Assembly: GCA_022510705.1 (NCBI GenBank)
Contig: JAFLSX010000001.1
Location: 13,736-77,735, forward strand
Direction of reading: 5' to 3'
Length of the DNA stretch: 64,000 nucleotides
From: Lachnospiraceae bacterium
Lineage (GTDB): Bacteria > Bacillota > Clostridia > Lachnospirales > Lachnospiraceae
Below the pieces are notes generated by a model, which was given only the letters and a program-made list of their open reading frames with translations, made no database searches and was not told the DNA's origin. Position numbers and translations under genes: made by a program. Below are positions 19,804-28,930 of the stretch, piece by piece. Position 1 is the stretch's first letter. Every line of letters begins with the position of its first letter.

Positions 19804-20958
19804 ATGAAAAACATGAAAAAGGTGCTTAGTGCAGCACTTGTTGCAGCTATGTCATTCACCATGTTGACAGGCTGTGGCAACAGCAACAAGACTTCCGATA
19901 CTTGGAAATTCGGTGGTATCGGTCCTGCAACCGGTGACTATGCCGCATACGGTATCGGCGTCAGAAACGGGATTGAGCTGGCTGTTAACGAGATCAATGA
20001 GAACGGCGGTATCAACGGTGTTCCGATTGAATACAAGTTTGAAGACGACCAGACTGATAATGAGAAATCCGTAAACGGATACAATGCACTGAAAGATTGG
20101 GGTATGAATGTTCTGATCGGTTCTACCACCAGTGGTTGTTCCATTGCGGTAGCCGATGTTTCTTCTCAGGATCATATGTTCCAGCTGACACCTTCCGCAT
20201 CTTCCATTGATGCAGTGAAGACTGACAATACTTTCCAGGTATGCTTTACGGATCCCAGTCAGGGATTTGGCTCTGCACAGTATATCGGTGACCATGGACT
20301 GGCTACCAAGGTAGCAATACTTCACAACAGCTCGGATGTATACTCTACAGGTATCTATGAAACTTTTGTTGCCGAAGCAGCAAATCAGCCTTTTGAAATT
20401 GTAGCTGATGAAGCTTTTACCGATGATAGCAAGACCGATTTCACTGTACAGCTGACAAAGGCTAAGGAAGCAGGCGCTGAGTTATTATTCCTGCCCATGT
20501 ACTATACAGAGGCAGCTCTGATTCTGACCCAGGCAAATACGATGGATTATGCACCGATTTTCTTTGGTGTGGACGGTATGGATGGTATTCTGGGCAATGT
20601 GGATGGTTTTGATACCGCTTTGGCAGAGGGTGTTGTTCTGCTGACTCCTTTTGCTGCAGATGCTCCGGAAGCAGTTGACTTTACAGCTGCATATGAGGCA
20701 GCATATGGTATTACGCCCAATCAGTTTGCAGCAGATGCATATGATGCCGTATATATTTTAAAGCAGCTGATCGAAGAGAGCGGTGCAACTCCTCAGGATG
20801 GTATTCCTACCATTTGCGACAAGCTTACCGCACAGATTTTAGTAACTTCCTTTACCGGTATGACCGGTGAGAACATTACATGGAGTGAAAGCGGCGAGGT
20901 TAACAAGTATCCCAAGGCTATGCAGATTGTAAACGGTTCTTATACCTTATTTAAGTAA
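19804..20958 (+). CDS. Branched-chain amino acid ABC transporter substrate-binding lipoprotein (LivJ/LivK family)
   Basis: Lipobox LTGC, GIELAV.EIN..GGING, YDAVY; RBS aaggagg before ATG 19804. Confidence 0.9.
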   Translation: MKNMKKVLSAALVAAMSFTMLTGCGNSNKTSDTWKFGGIGPATGDYAAYGIGVRNGIELAVNEINENGGINGVPIEYKFEDDQTDNEKSVNGYNALKDWGMNVLIGSTTSGCSIAVADVSSQDHMFQLTPSASSIDAVKTDNTFQVCFTDPSQGFGSAQYIGDHGLATKVAILHNSSDVYSTGIYETFVAEAANQPFEIVADEAFTDDSKTDFTVQLTKAKEAGAELLFLPMYYTEAALILTQANTMDYAPIFFGVDGMDGILGNVDGFDTALAEGVVLLTPFAADAPEAVDFTAAYEAAYGITPNQFAADAYDAVYILKQLIEESGATPQDGIPTICDKLTAQILVTSFTGMTGENITWSESGEVNKYPKAMQIVNGSYTLFK

Positions 20959-20980
20959 TTTATTTAAAAAAAGTAACCGG

Positions 20981-21011
20981 AGAGGGTTGCAGATTTCTGC
21001 AACCCTCTTTA
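20981..21011 (+). terminator. Stem-loop between the substrate-binding and permease genes
   Basis: AGAGGGTTGCAG-attt-CTGCAACCCTCT-TT; typical differential-expression hairpin of ABC operons. Confidence 0.75.
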
Positions 21012-21049
21012 TAATTTAACGTATCGACAATACATACGAGGTGTTGCAA

Positions 21050-21934
21050 ATGAGGTTTATTTATTATTTGATCAGCGGTATCAGCTTGGGAAGTGTATAT
21101 GCAATCATTGCATTGGGGTATACCATGGTTTACGGCATTGCAAAGATGTTAAACTTTGCCCATGGAGATGTTATTATGGTAGGTGGTTTTGCGGCCTTTA
21201 CGGTTATCAGTACGTTGGGGCTTCCTCCTGCATTGGGTGTACTGGTTGCGATCATAGTATGTACGGTATTGGGAATTACCATCGAAAAGATCGCATATCG
21301 TCCCTTAAGAGATGCATCCTCTTCATTGGCGGTACTGATCACGGCAATTGGCGTCAGCTATCTGCTGCAGAATCTTGCATTGCTTATTTTTGGTTCCTCT
21401 ACGAAATCCTTTGAGTCGGTAGTAAGTATTTCTGCTATTAAACTGGCTGACGGGCAGATCAATATAACGGGAGAGACCATTGTAACCATTATTACCTGTA
21501 TTATCGTCATGATGATGCTGACTCTGTTTATTAATAAAACCAAAGCAGGACAGGCCATGTTGGCTGTTTCCGAGGACAAAGGGGCTGCTAAGCTTATGGG
21601 AATCAATGTCAACGGTACTATAGCGCTGACTTTTGCTATCGGTTCCGCATTGGCGGCAATAGCAGGCGTGCTGCTTTGTTCTGCCTATCCGACTTTATCA
21701 CCGACCACAGGGTCCATGCCCGGTATCAAAGCTTTCGTTGCAGCGGTATTCGGCGGTATCGGTTCCATTCCGGGAGCTTTACTGGGCGGTCTGCTCTTAG
21801 GTATTATTGAAACGCTTGGAAGAGCCTATATTTCATCTCAACTCTCAGATGTCATTGTATTCGGTGTTTTGATCGTAGTGCTGGTAGTGAAGCCTACCGG
21901 TATTTTGGGTAAGAAGATTCAGGAAAAGGTTTAG
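21050..21934 (+). CDS. livH: Branched-chain amino acid ABC permease LivH
   Basis: GSVYAIIALGYTMVYG, NFAHG, GGIGSIPG. Confidence 0.92.
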   Translation: MRFIYYLISGISLGSVYAIIALGYTMVYGIAKMLNFAHGDVIMVGGFAAFTVISTLGLPPALGVLVAIIVCTVLGITIEKIAYRPLRDASSSLAVLITAIGVSYLLQNLALLIFGSSTKSFESVVSISAIKLADGQINITGETIVTIITCIIVMMMLTLFINKTKAGQAMLAVSEDKGAAKLMGINVNGTIALTFAIGSALAAIAGVLLCSAYPTLSPTTGSMPGIKAFVAAVFGGIGSIPGALLGGLLLGIIETLGRAYISSQLSDVIVFGVLIVVLVVKPTGILGKKIQEKV

Positions 21935-21944
21935 GAGGTGCCAT

Positions 21945-23048
21945 ATGAAGAAAATCAATATCAGTAAACAGGGCAAATCCAACCTGATTACTTATGGTAT
22001 TATATTACTGTTAAGCTTCCTGCTATTTTTTATTGGACAGTCATCTTATCAATTGAAGGGATTGCTGGTACCGGTGTGTACGCAGATCATGCTGGCAGTT
22101 TCCCTCAATCTGACAGTGGGTATTTTAGGAGAATTAAGTTTGGGGCATGCGGGCTTTATGTGTATCGGCACCTTTGTTGGGGCCAGCTTCTCCATCTATA
22201 TGGAGCAGTTTATTCCGATAGCGGGAGTAAGATTTTTTCTGGCTCTGTTTATAGGTGCGCTCAGCGCCGGTATTATGGGCTTTTTGATCGGTCTGCCCGT
22301 ACTTCGTCTAAAAGGTGACTATCTGGCAATTGTAACGCTGGCATTCGGTGAGATCATTAAAAATATTGTGAATATGATCTATTTAGGATATGACAGTAAG
22401 GGACTTCATTTTTCCATGACTGATACAGCCTCCATGGGACTTGCAGAGGATGGCGTTGTCATCATAAAGGGACCTCAGGGCGTTATGGGAACACCTGCTG
22501 ATTCCAATTTTGGCATCGGTGTGATTTTGGTACTGATCACCGTATTTATAGTGCTTAATCTGATCCATTCCAGGGATGGGCGTGCCATTATGGCCATCAG
22601 GGACAATGAGATTGCAGCAGAATCGGTAGGAATCAATATTACCAAATATAAGCTGATGGCGTTCACCATATCTGCTGCATTGGCCGGAATGGCCGGTTCA
22701 TTCTATGCTCATAATTACAACAATATTAAAGCAAGTACGAATAACTTTGGCTACAATATGTCCATTATGATTCTGGTATTTGTGGTATTGGGGGGTATCG
22801 GTTCCATAAGAGGTTCCGTGATAGCAGCAACCATTCTTTATATGCTTCCGGAAATGCTGCGTTTCATGTCCCAATACCGTATGTTGGTCTATGCCATCGT
22901 GTTGATCATTATGATGCTCTTTACCTGGAGTCCGAAAGCGCAGGAGTGGAAGTCTGTACAGATGGAAAAATTAAAGGTACGATTGAAACCCGTCATAGAT
23001 AAATTCCGTAAAAAGTCTTCCGACAAACTGACAAAGGAGGGCGAATAG
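21945..23048 (+). CDS. livM: Branched-chain amino acid ABC permease LivM
   Basis: SLGHAGF, LRLKGDYLAIVTLAFGEI, AIRDNEIAA. Confidence 0.92.
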   Translation: MKKINISKQGKSNLITYGIILLLSFLLFFIGQSSYQLKGLLVPVCTQIMLAVSLNLTVGILGELSLGHAGFMCIGTFVGASFSIYMEQFIPIAGVRFFLALFIGALSAGIMGFLIGLPVLRLKGDYLAIVTLAFGEIIKNIVNMIYLGYDSKGLHFSMTDTASMGLAEDGVVIIKGPQGVMGTPADSNFGIGVILVLITVFIVLNLIHSRDGRAIMAIRDNEIAAESVGINITKYKLMAFTISAALAGMAGSFYAHNYNNIKASTNNFGYNMSIMILVFVVLGGIGSIRGSVIAATILYMLPEMLRFMSQYRMLVYAIVLIIMMLFTWSPKAQEWKSVQMEKLKVRLKPVIDKFRKKSSDKLTKEGE

Positions 23049-23049
23049 T

Positions 23050-23808
23050 ATGGCATTATTGGAGGTACAGAATTTAGGCATTTCCTTTGGTGGTCTGCGC
23101 GCAGTGGATGATTTTAATCTTCAGATCAATAAAGGACAGCTCTATGGCTTGATCGGGCCCAACGGAGCAGGCAAAACTACGGTTTTTAATCTCTTAACCG
23201 GTGTGTATAAACCAAACGAAGGTATTATCAAGCTGGACGGTATAGATATTACAGGCCATAGCAATATTGAAATCAATAAAGCCGGAATTGCCAGGACCTT
23301 TCAGAATATCCGTCTATTCAAGGATCAGACGGTACTTGATAATGTAAAAATCGGTTTGCACAATAAATACCATTATAATACTTTGGAAGGTATTTTCAGA
23401 CTGCCGGGATACAGAAAGGCAGAGAAGCAGATGGATGAGCGTGCGATGGAACTGTTAAAGGTGTTTGAACTGGACGGAGAGAGTCATTATCTTGCTTCCA
23501 ACCTGCCTTACGGTAAACAGCGTAAGTTAGAGATAGCCAGAGCGCTTGCAACCGAACCTAAGCTGTTATTGTTAGATGAGCCGGCGGCGGGTATGAATCC
23601 CAATGAAACCAAGGAATTGATGGATACCATACGCTTCATACGTGAAAAGTTCGATATGACCATTCTTTTAATTGAACATGACATGAAATTGGTATCCGGT
23701 ATTTGTGAAGAACTGACAGTACTCAATTTCGGCAGTGTTCTCTGTCAGGGAGAAACTTCTAAAGTACTGCAAAATCCCGAAGTCATCAAGGCGTATCTGG
23801 GTGAATAG
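23050..23808 (+). CDS. livG: ABC ATP-binding protein LivG
   Basis: GPNGAGKT, LPYG, LLLDEPAAG, VIKAYLG. Confidence 0.93.
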   Translation: MALLEVQNLGISFGGLRAVDDFNLQINKGQLYGLIGPNGAGKTTVFNLLTGVYKPNEGIIKLDGIDITGHSNIEINKAGIARTFQNIRLFKDQTVLDNVKIGLHNKYHYNTLEGIFRLPGYRKAEKQMDERAMELLKVFELDGESHYLASNLPYGKQRKLEIARALATEPKLLLLDEPAAGMNPNETKELMDTIRFIREKFDMTILLIEHDMKLVSGICEELTVLNFGSVLCQGETSKVLQNPEVIKAYLGE

Positions 23809-23819
23809 GAGGCAACGCA

Positions 23820-24530
23820 ATGGCGATGTTGGAAGTAAAGGATTTAGAAGTATATTACGGTGTAATTCAGGCCATCAAGGGTGTTTCCTTTGAAGTAAAT
23901 AAAGGAGAGGTAATAGCGCTTATAGGTGCAAACGGTGCGGGGAAAACCACTATTCTCCATACCATTACAGGCTTGCTTGCACCGAAAAGCGGCTCTGTTG
24001 TCTTTGAAGGTAAAGAGATTACCAAGATTCCCGGACATAAAATTGTTTCCATGGGAATGGCTCATGTACCGGAAGGCAGAAGAGTATTTGCTAATCTGAC
24101 GGTATTACAGAATTTAAAGCTTGGAGCTTATACCCGAAAAGATAAGCGGGAGATTGAGGATACTCTGCAGACAGTTTATAAGCGCTTTCCCCGTCTGGAA
24201 GAACGGAAGAATCAGATTGCCGGAACCTTATCCGGCGGAGAACAGCAAATGCTGGCAATGGGGCGCGCACTGATGTCCCATCCTAAGATTATTTTGATGG
24301 ATGAACCCTCCATGGGACTCTCCCCCATTTTTGTGAATGAAATCTTTGATATTATTAAAGAAGTAAGTGAGAGCGGTACTACAGTGCTTTTAGTGGAACA
24401 GAATGCTAAAAAAGCATTATCCATTGCCGATAGGGCTTATGTGCTGGAAACCGGTAACATTGCACTGGAAGGAAAAGCATCTGATTTATTGCATAATGAT
24501 TCCGTGAAAAAAGCTTATTTGGGTGAATAA
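23820..24530 (+). CDS. livF: ABC ATP-binding protein LivF
   Basis: GANGAGKT, VPEGRRVF, LSGGEQQ, LVEQNA. Confidence 0.93.
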   Translation: MAMLEVKDLEVYYGVIQAIKGVSFEVNKGEVIALIGANGAGKTTILHTITGLLAPKSGSVVFEGKEITKIPGHKIVSMGMAHVPEGRRVFANLTVLQNLKLGAYTRKDKREIEDTLQTVYKRFPRLEERKNQIAGTLSGGEQQMLAMGRALMSHPKIILMDEPSMGLSPIFVNEIFDIIKEVSESGTTVLLVEQNAKKALSIADRAYVLETGNIALEGKASDLLHNDSVKKAYLGE

Positions 24531-24547
24531 GGAGGCGAGGGGTTACT

Positions 24548-25174
24548 ATGAGTAATAAAAAAATTGTCATTACCATTGCCAGACAGTATGGCAGCGGGGG
24601 AAAGACAATCGGTGAGATGTTAGCAAAAGAATTGGGATTTACCTACTATGATAAGGACCTGATGCGGTTGGCATCGGAGGAGAGCGGCATCAATGAGAGT
24701 CTTTTTGCAAAGGCGGATGAAAAAGTGAAATCCTCCCTGTTTCATATTAGTAAAAAGGTTTACCAAGGAGATCTGATTTCACCGAAAAGCGAAGATTTTA
24801 CCTCTGATGAGAACCTATTTAATTATCAGGCAAAAATCATCAAAGAGCTGGCAGAAGAGGGATCCTGCGTTATCATCGGACGCTGCGCCGACTATATATT
24901 AAAAGACTATGAGAATGTATTGAGCGTATTTGTGCATGCTCCTGAATATTTCTGTATTGAGCAGGCTGCCAAAAAGCACAGTATGGATTTGAAGGAGTTA
25001 GATAAACTGATTCATAAAATTGACAGACAGCGTGCGGGATACTATAAATACCACACCGGCCGGGAGTGGACGGATGCAAGAAATTATGATCTGTGTCTGG
25101 ATAGTTCCAAACTTGGTTTTGTACGATGTGTGGAAGAGATAATTGCTTATTTAAAGGTGCGTTTTGGAGAATAA
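24548..25174 (+). CDS. Cytidylate-kinase-like family protein (paralog 2)
   Basis: ITIARQYGSGG, VIIGRCADY, YDLCLD; last gene of the liv operon. Confidence 0.85.
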   Translation: MSNKKIVITIARQYGSGGKTIGEMLAKELGFTYYDKDLMRLASEESGINESLFAKADEKVKSSLFHISKKVYQGDLISPKSEDFTSDENLFNYQAKIIKELAEEGSCVIIGRCADYILKDYENVLSVFVHAPEYFCIEQAAKKHSMDLKELDKLIHKIDRQRAGYYKYHTGREWTDARNYDLCLDSSKLGFVRCVEEIIAYLKVRFGE

Positions 25175-25185
25175 TTTATAAATAA

Positions 25186-25219
25186 AAAAGGACGTTCACA
25201 ATTTTAGGGAGCGTCCTTT
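25186..25219. terminator. Bidirectional terminator between the liv operon and lexA
   Basis: AAAGGACGTTC...GAGCGTCCTTT flanked by A and T runs. Confidence 0.7.
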
Positions 25220-25235
25220 CTGCATCTATAATATA

Positions 25236-25853
25236 TTAACTGAACAAACGGAAGACACCGAATACTTTACCTAAGATCTGGCAGTCATCTACAATAATAG
25301 GATCCATCGTGTCATTTTCGGGCTGTAAACGGATATGTCCGTTTTCTTTATAGAAAGTCTTTACGGTAGCGGAATCATCCACCAGAGCAACCACGGTATC
25401 ACCGTTATTCGCAGTTTCGCATTTCTGAACAAAAATCTGATCTCCGCTGAATATGCCAACATTTATCATGGAATCACCCTTTACCTTTAAAATAAAGGAT
25501 TCTCCACGGGGAACTACTTCTGCAGGAACGGGAAAGTAGCTCTCTATATTTTCCTGTGCCAAAATAGGTTCTCCTGCAGCCACTCTGCCTATTACCGGAA
25601 GACTCACCATTTCTGTACGCACCATCTGGAAACTGTCATCACAGATCTCAATTGCTCTTGGCTTAGTGGGATCACGGCGGATATAACCGTTCTTTTCTAA
25701 TGTTTCCAAATGAGAATGAACGGAAGAAGTGGACTTTAAATGCACTGCTTCACAAATCTCCCTTACAGCAGGGGGATAACCTCGCTTTAATATTTCTTCT
25801 TTAATATACTGTAGAATTTCCTCTTGTTTCGCGGTAATCTTTCCATTACTCAT
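25236..25853 (-). CDS. lexA: SOS repressor LexA
   Basis: [19 protein letters not shown], cleavage site VAAG, catalytic DSM and TVK; true start MSNGK with RBS ggaggg. Confidence 0.97.
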   Translation of the reverse strand: MSNGKITAKQEEILQYIKEEILKRGYPPAVREICEAVHLKSTSSVHSHLETLEKNGYIRRDPTKPRAIEICDDSFQMVRTEMVSLPVIGRVAAGEPILAQENIESYFPVPAEVVPRGESFILKVKGDSMINVGIFSGDQIFVQKCETANNGDTVVALVDDSATVKTFYKENGHIRLQPENDTMDPIIVDDCQILGKVFGVFRLFS

Positions 25854-25914
25854 TTTAGTCCCTCCATAGAAATAGACAGATAAATGAAATACGACTGCAC
25901 CAATTATTAAATAC

Positions 25915-25943
25915 ATTATAACACGATTATTTGAAAAAAGCAA
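25915..25943 (-). promoter_or_regulatory. Sigma-A promoter of lexA
   Basis: Minus strand TTGCTT (25938-25943), 17 bp, TATAAT (25915-25920). Confidence 0.7.
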
Positions 25944-26051
25944 ACATATATTCAGAAAATATGTTCGATTTTTTGGTTTAAAAGTATTGACAATCGAAAA
26001 TATGTTCTGTATAATGCACTTAAAAGAACAAATGTTCACGAACGTATTTTC
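25942..26051. promoter_or_regulatory. Cluster of five LexA (SOS/Cheo) boxes
   Basis: GAAC-N4-GTTC-like sites at 25942-25953, 25955-25966, 25996-26007, 26026-26037 (perfect) and 26040-26051. Confidence 0.88.
25987..26015 (+). promoter_or_regulatory. Consensus sigma-A promoter of the yneA-like gene
   Basis: TTGACA-17-TATAAT with an SOS box inside the spacer. Confidence 0.88.
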
Positions 26052-26098
26052 TGTAAATGATATAGAGGCAGTATTTACAGGAGTGAGGAGGAGTGATT

Positions 26099-26482
26099 AT
26101 GGAAGAAAGAGTATATGAAGCAATACTCAGAAGTGAAGATAGGAGCAGAAGATATCGCGAAAGAAGGATCAGACAGATGCGCAGACGTTTTCTTTTAACT
26201 TTGGCTGCAATAGTGCTGACTGTGATCATGGCCATTTCTTATCGTGCGATTCTTTCTGATGCAAAAGAAACAGATGATGTAATATATAAATATTATACCA
26301 GTATTGAAGTGCAGTACGGAGATACACTTTGGTCTATAGCACAGGCATATTACAGTGAGGAATACGATTCTGTGGATGACTATATTTATGAAGTGATGAA
26401 AATTAATCATCTGCAGCAGGAGAGCGTGATTACTGCAGGAAGTCATTTGGTCGTACCTTATTTTTCTACGGAATTAAAGTAG
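26099..26482 (+). CDS. yneA: YneA-like SOS-induced cell division inhibitor (TM + LysM)
   Basis: Basic N-terminus, single TM, LysM VQYGDTLWSIA..IN.L...I.AG..L.VP; divergent from lexA. Confidence 0.8.
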   Translation: MEERVYEAILRSEDRSRRYRERRIRQMRRRFLLTLAAIVLTVIMAISYRAILSDAKETDDVIYKYYTSIEVQYGDTLWSIAQAYYSEEYDSVDDYIYEVMKINHLQQESVITAGSHLVVPYFSTELK

Positions 26483-26593
26483 AAGAGGGAAAGATATTTA
26501 ATGTCATTTAGAATGCCTATGGGGATTGCTTAGATACATAGGATGATTTTTTCTACATATGGATATAAACCGTAAATTACGGAGGGTAACACT

Positions 26594-27220
26594 ATGAATT
26601 TTTATGAGGTGATCAACAAGCGACGGACTATAAGAGATTTTAAAAATGCGCCTATTGAAGATGAGACAATTAGCAGGATTATTGAAGCAGGAATGAAAGC
26701 ACCGACAAATGACCATATGAGAGACTGGCATTTTATTGTAATCAGAGATAAAAAAGTTCTGCTTAAACTTATTGATAAAATCCCCATGAAAATATCCGAC
26801 GAAGAAGTAAATGCTATTTTGAAGGATTGGAACTTAAACGATACTTGCCAACAGGACATGTATAAAAATGCTATTCCTAAACAATATAGAATGTTTGCAG
26901 AAGCATCTTGTGTCATAATACCTTTATTCAAACAAAAAAACGATATCTTGCACCCTGATAATCTATCCCACTTAAATGGTCTTGCCTCCATTTGGTGTTG
27001 TATTGAGAATATGTTTTTAGCTATTACTGCGGAGGGGTATGCTTCTGCTTTGCGTATTCCGTTGGGCGATGAGGAGAACAGGGCACGATCGGTATTGAAC
27101 TATCCAAATGACTATTTTATGCCCTGTTTCATTGCTGTTGGAAAACCGGCTGAAAATATAAATGAAATCAAGCAAAAAGAATATTCCTTGCATGAAGTGA
27201 TCCATAATGACGTATGGTAA
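26594..27220 (+). CDS. Nitroreductase family protein
   Basis: KRRTIRDF, AGMKAPT, WHFIVI, IENMFLA. Confidence 0.88.
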   Translation: MNFYEVINKRRTIRDFKNAPIEDETISRIIEAGMKAPTNDHMRDWHFIVIRDKKVLLKLIDKIPMKISDEEVNAILKDWNLNDTCQQDMYKNAIPKQYRMFAEASCVIIPLFKQKNDILHPDNLSHLNGLASIWCCIENMFLAITAEGYASALRIPLGDEENRARSVLNYPNDYFMPCFIAVGKPAENINEIKQKEYSLHEVIHNDVW

Positions 27221-27259
27221 GTTAAATCCTAATATATGAGATGATTTGGAGATACAGTA

Positions 27260-27829
27260 ATGGACGATATTTATGAAGTCATTCCGACTTTAGAAAATGA
27301 AAGTTTTCTTTTACGAGCAATTGATTTAGAAAGAGATTTGAATGATTTATTGAAAGTCTATTCGGATGAAAAAGCAGTTCCTTTTTTTAATTCGGATAAT
27401 TGTCATGGTGATGATTTTTACTATAAAACAATAGAACGTATGAAACAGGCAATAGACTTTTGGAATATTGAATATCAGAAAAAGTATTATGTACGAATGG
27501 CGATTGAAGATAAATCGACACATACAGCGATAGGAACTATAGAGCTTTTTAATCGAAAAGCTGACGACTATTATAATAATTGTGGTTTGTTAAGAGTGGA
27601 TTTGAGAAGCGACTATGAAACAGAAAAACACATAATTGATATTCTTAATATTATTATTCCAAAGGCCGGAGAGTTATTTGGGTGCGATAAAATTGCAACG
27701 AAAGCTATATCAACCGCAAAAAATCGCATTTCCGCCTTAAAGAAATGTGGTTTTCAACCGTCAGAATATTTTCTAATAGGAGCTGATGGAACCAAATATG
27801 ATTCCTATCACATTATGGAACTGAAATAA
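27260..27829 (+). CDS. GNAT (RimJ/RimL-like) N-acetyltransferase
   Basis: PTLENESFLLR N-terminus, AIGTIELF, ALKKCGF. Confidence 0.7.
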   Translation: MDDIYEVIPTLENESFLLRAIDLERDLNDLLKVYSDEKAVPFFNSDNCHGDDFYYKTIERMKQAIDFWNIEYQKKYYVRMAIEDKSTHTAIGTIELFNRKADDYYNNCGLLRVDLRSDYETEKHIIDILNIIIPKAGELFGCDKIATKAISTAKNRISALKKCGFQPSEYFLIGADGTKYDSYHIMELK

Positions 27830-27865
27830 CTTCCGGTTTATTGTAGAAACTTTTTAAAATATGCG

Positions 27866-28930
27866 TCATTTATCCGTATTTTCCTCCCGCAGTCTGACCA
27901 CATTGGCTGCTGAACGGCGGCGTTCTTCCTCCATGGAAGCATAGTGTTTTCGGGTAGTGTTAACGTCTTTATGCCCAAGTACATCGGCTACCAGATAGAT
28001 ATCGCCGGTTTCTCTATAAAGGCTGGTACCGTAGGTACTGCGCAGTTTGTGAGGTGTTATTTTTTTCAAAGTAGTGACCCTAGAAGCATATTTCTTTACC
28101 AGATTCTCAATAGAGCGAACGGCCATTCTTCGGTTCTGCATGGAAAGGAAGAGGGCATTTTCGTGACCTGCTTCCGGAATCATATGTTTTCTCTGCTCAA
28201 GATATTCCCGCAGTGCCCGTTCTACCTCTTCACCAAAATAAACTACGGCTTCATAACCGCCTTTTCTACGGATTTTAATGCCGTTATTTTCAAAATCCAC
28301 ATCATTTAAATCCAGACCCACACATTCCGATACACGAATGCCGGTACCCAAGAGCAGGGTCAGCAACGCCACATCCCTTACTTTGGTTTTTTCGTGGTAA
28401 GCCATTTCCTTTTTCGTAAGTTTTGTTCCGCTTTCTACCTGATCCAAAAGCGTAGCAACCTCATTCGGTTCCAGACGGATAATGGTTTTTTCATGTAATT
28501 TTGGCATGGGTACCAGTTCTGCAGTATTTCTTTCAATTTTTTCATTTTGAAAATAGTAGTTATAAAAACTGCGCAGACTGGAGAGCTTACGGGCTTTTCC
28601 ACGCTCTGTATTGGTGATTTCTTTGCCCTCCTTTTCATAATAGCTGACATAAGAGAGATATTCTTCAATATCCTGCCTGGTAACCTGATTCAGAAGAGAA
28701 ATAGGAAAATCCCTGATATCCATTTTGGCACAGACAGAATTTGTTTCATGCAAAAATTCAAAAAAGACCCGTATATCGTAGGCATAGGCCAATCGGGTTC
28801 TCGTAGAGGTAGTATCTGCGATTCCTCTGAAAAATTCCTGGCAGAAGGGTGGAAGCGTATCCAGTACAGCTCTCAGTTTTATTATATTCTGTTTATTTTG
28901 CGCATCATGGTAATTATCATAATTTGGCAT
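27866..28930 (-). CDS. xerC: Chromosomal tyrosine recombinase, XerC type
   Basis: GIRVSE, TPHKLRST, VLGH, TTRKHY catalytic residues; SAM-like N-terminus; ATG overlaps the ttcA stop (TAATG). Confidence 0.8.
   Translation of the reverse strand: MPNYDNYHDAQNKQNIIKLRAVLDTLPPFCQEFFRGIADTTSTRTRLAYAYDIRVFFEFLHETNSVCAKMDIRDFPISLLNQVTRQDIEEYLSYVSYYEKEGKEITNTERGKARKLSSLRSFYNYYFQNEKIERNTAELVPMPKLHEKTIIRLEPNEVATLLDQVESGTKLTKKEMAYHEKTKVRDVALLTLLLGTGIRVSECVGLDLNDVDFENNGIKIRRKGGYEAVVYFGEEVERALREYLEQRKHMIPEAGHENALFLSMQNRRMAVRSIENLVKKYASRVTTLKKITPHKLRSTYGTSLYRETGDIYLVADVLGHKDVNTTRKHYASMEEERRRSAANVVRLREENTDK

Noticed and set aside
25854-26039. 62-aa N-terminal extension of LexA in the ORF track
   Set aside because: It runs through the promoters and SOS boxes; the RBS and homology support the start at 25853.
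27866-28930. Tyrosine recombinase as a prophage or ICE integrase
   Set aside because: No excisionase, phage, conjugation genes or tRNA target nearby; it is coupled to ttcA in a core context.
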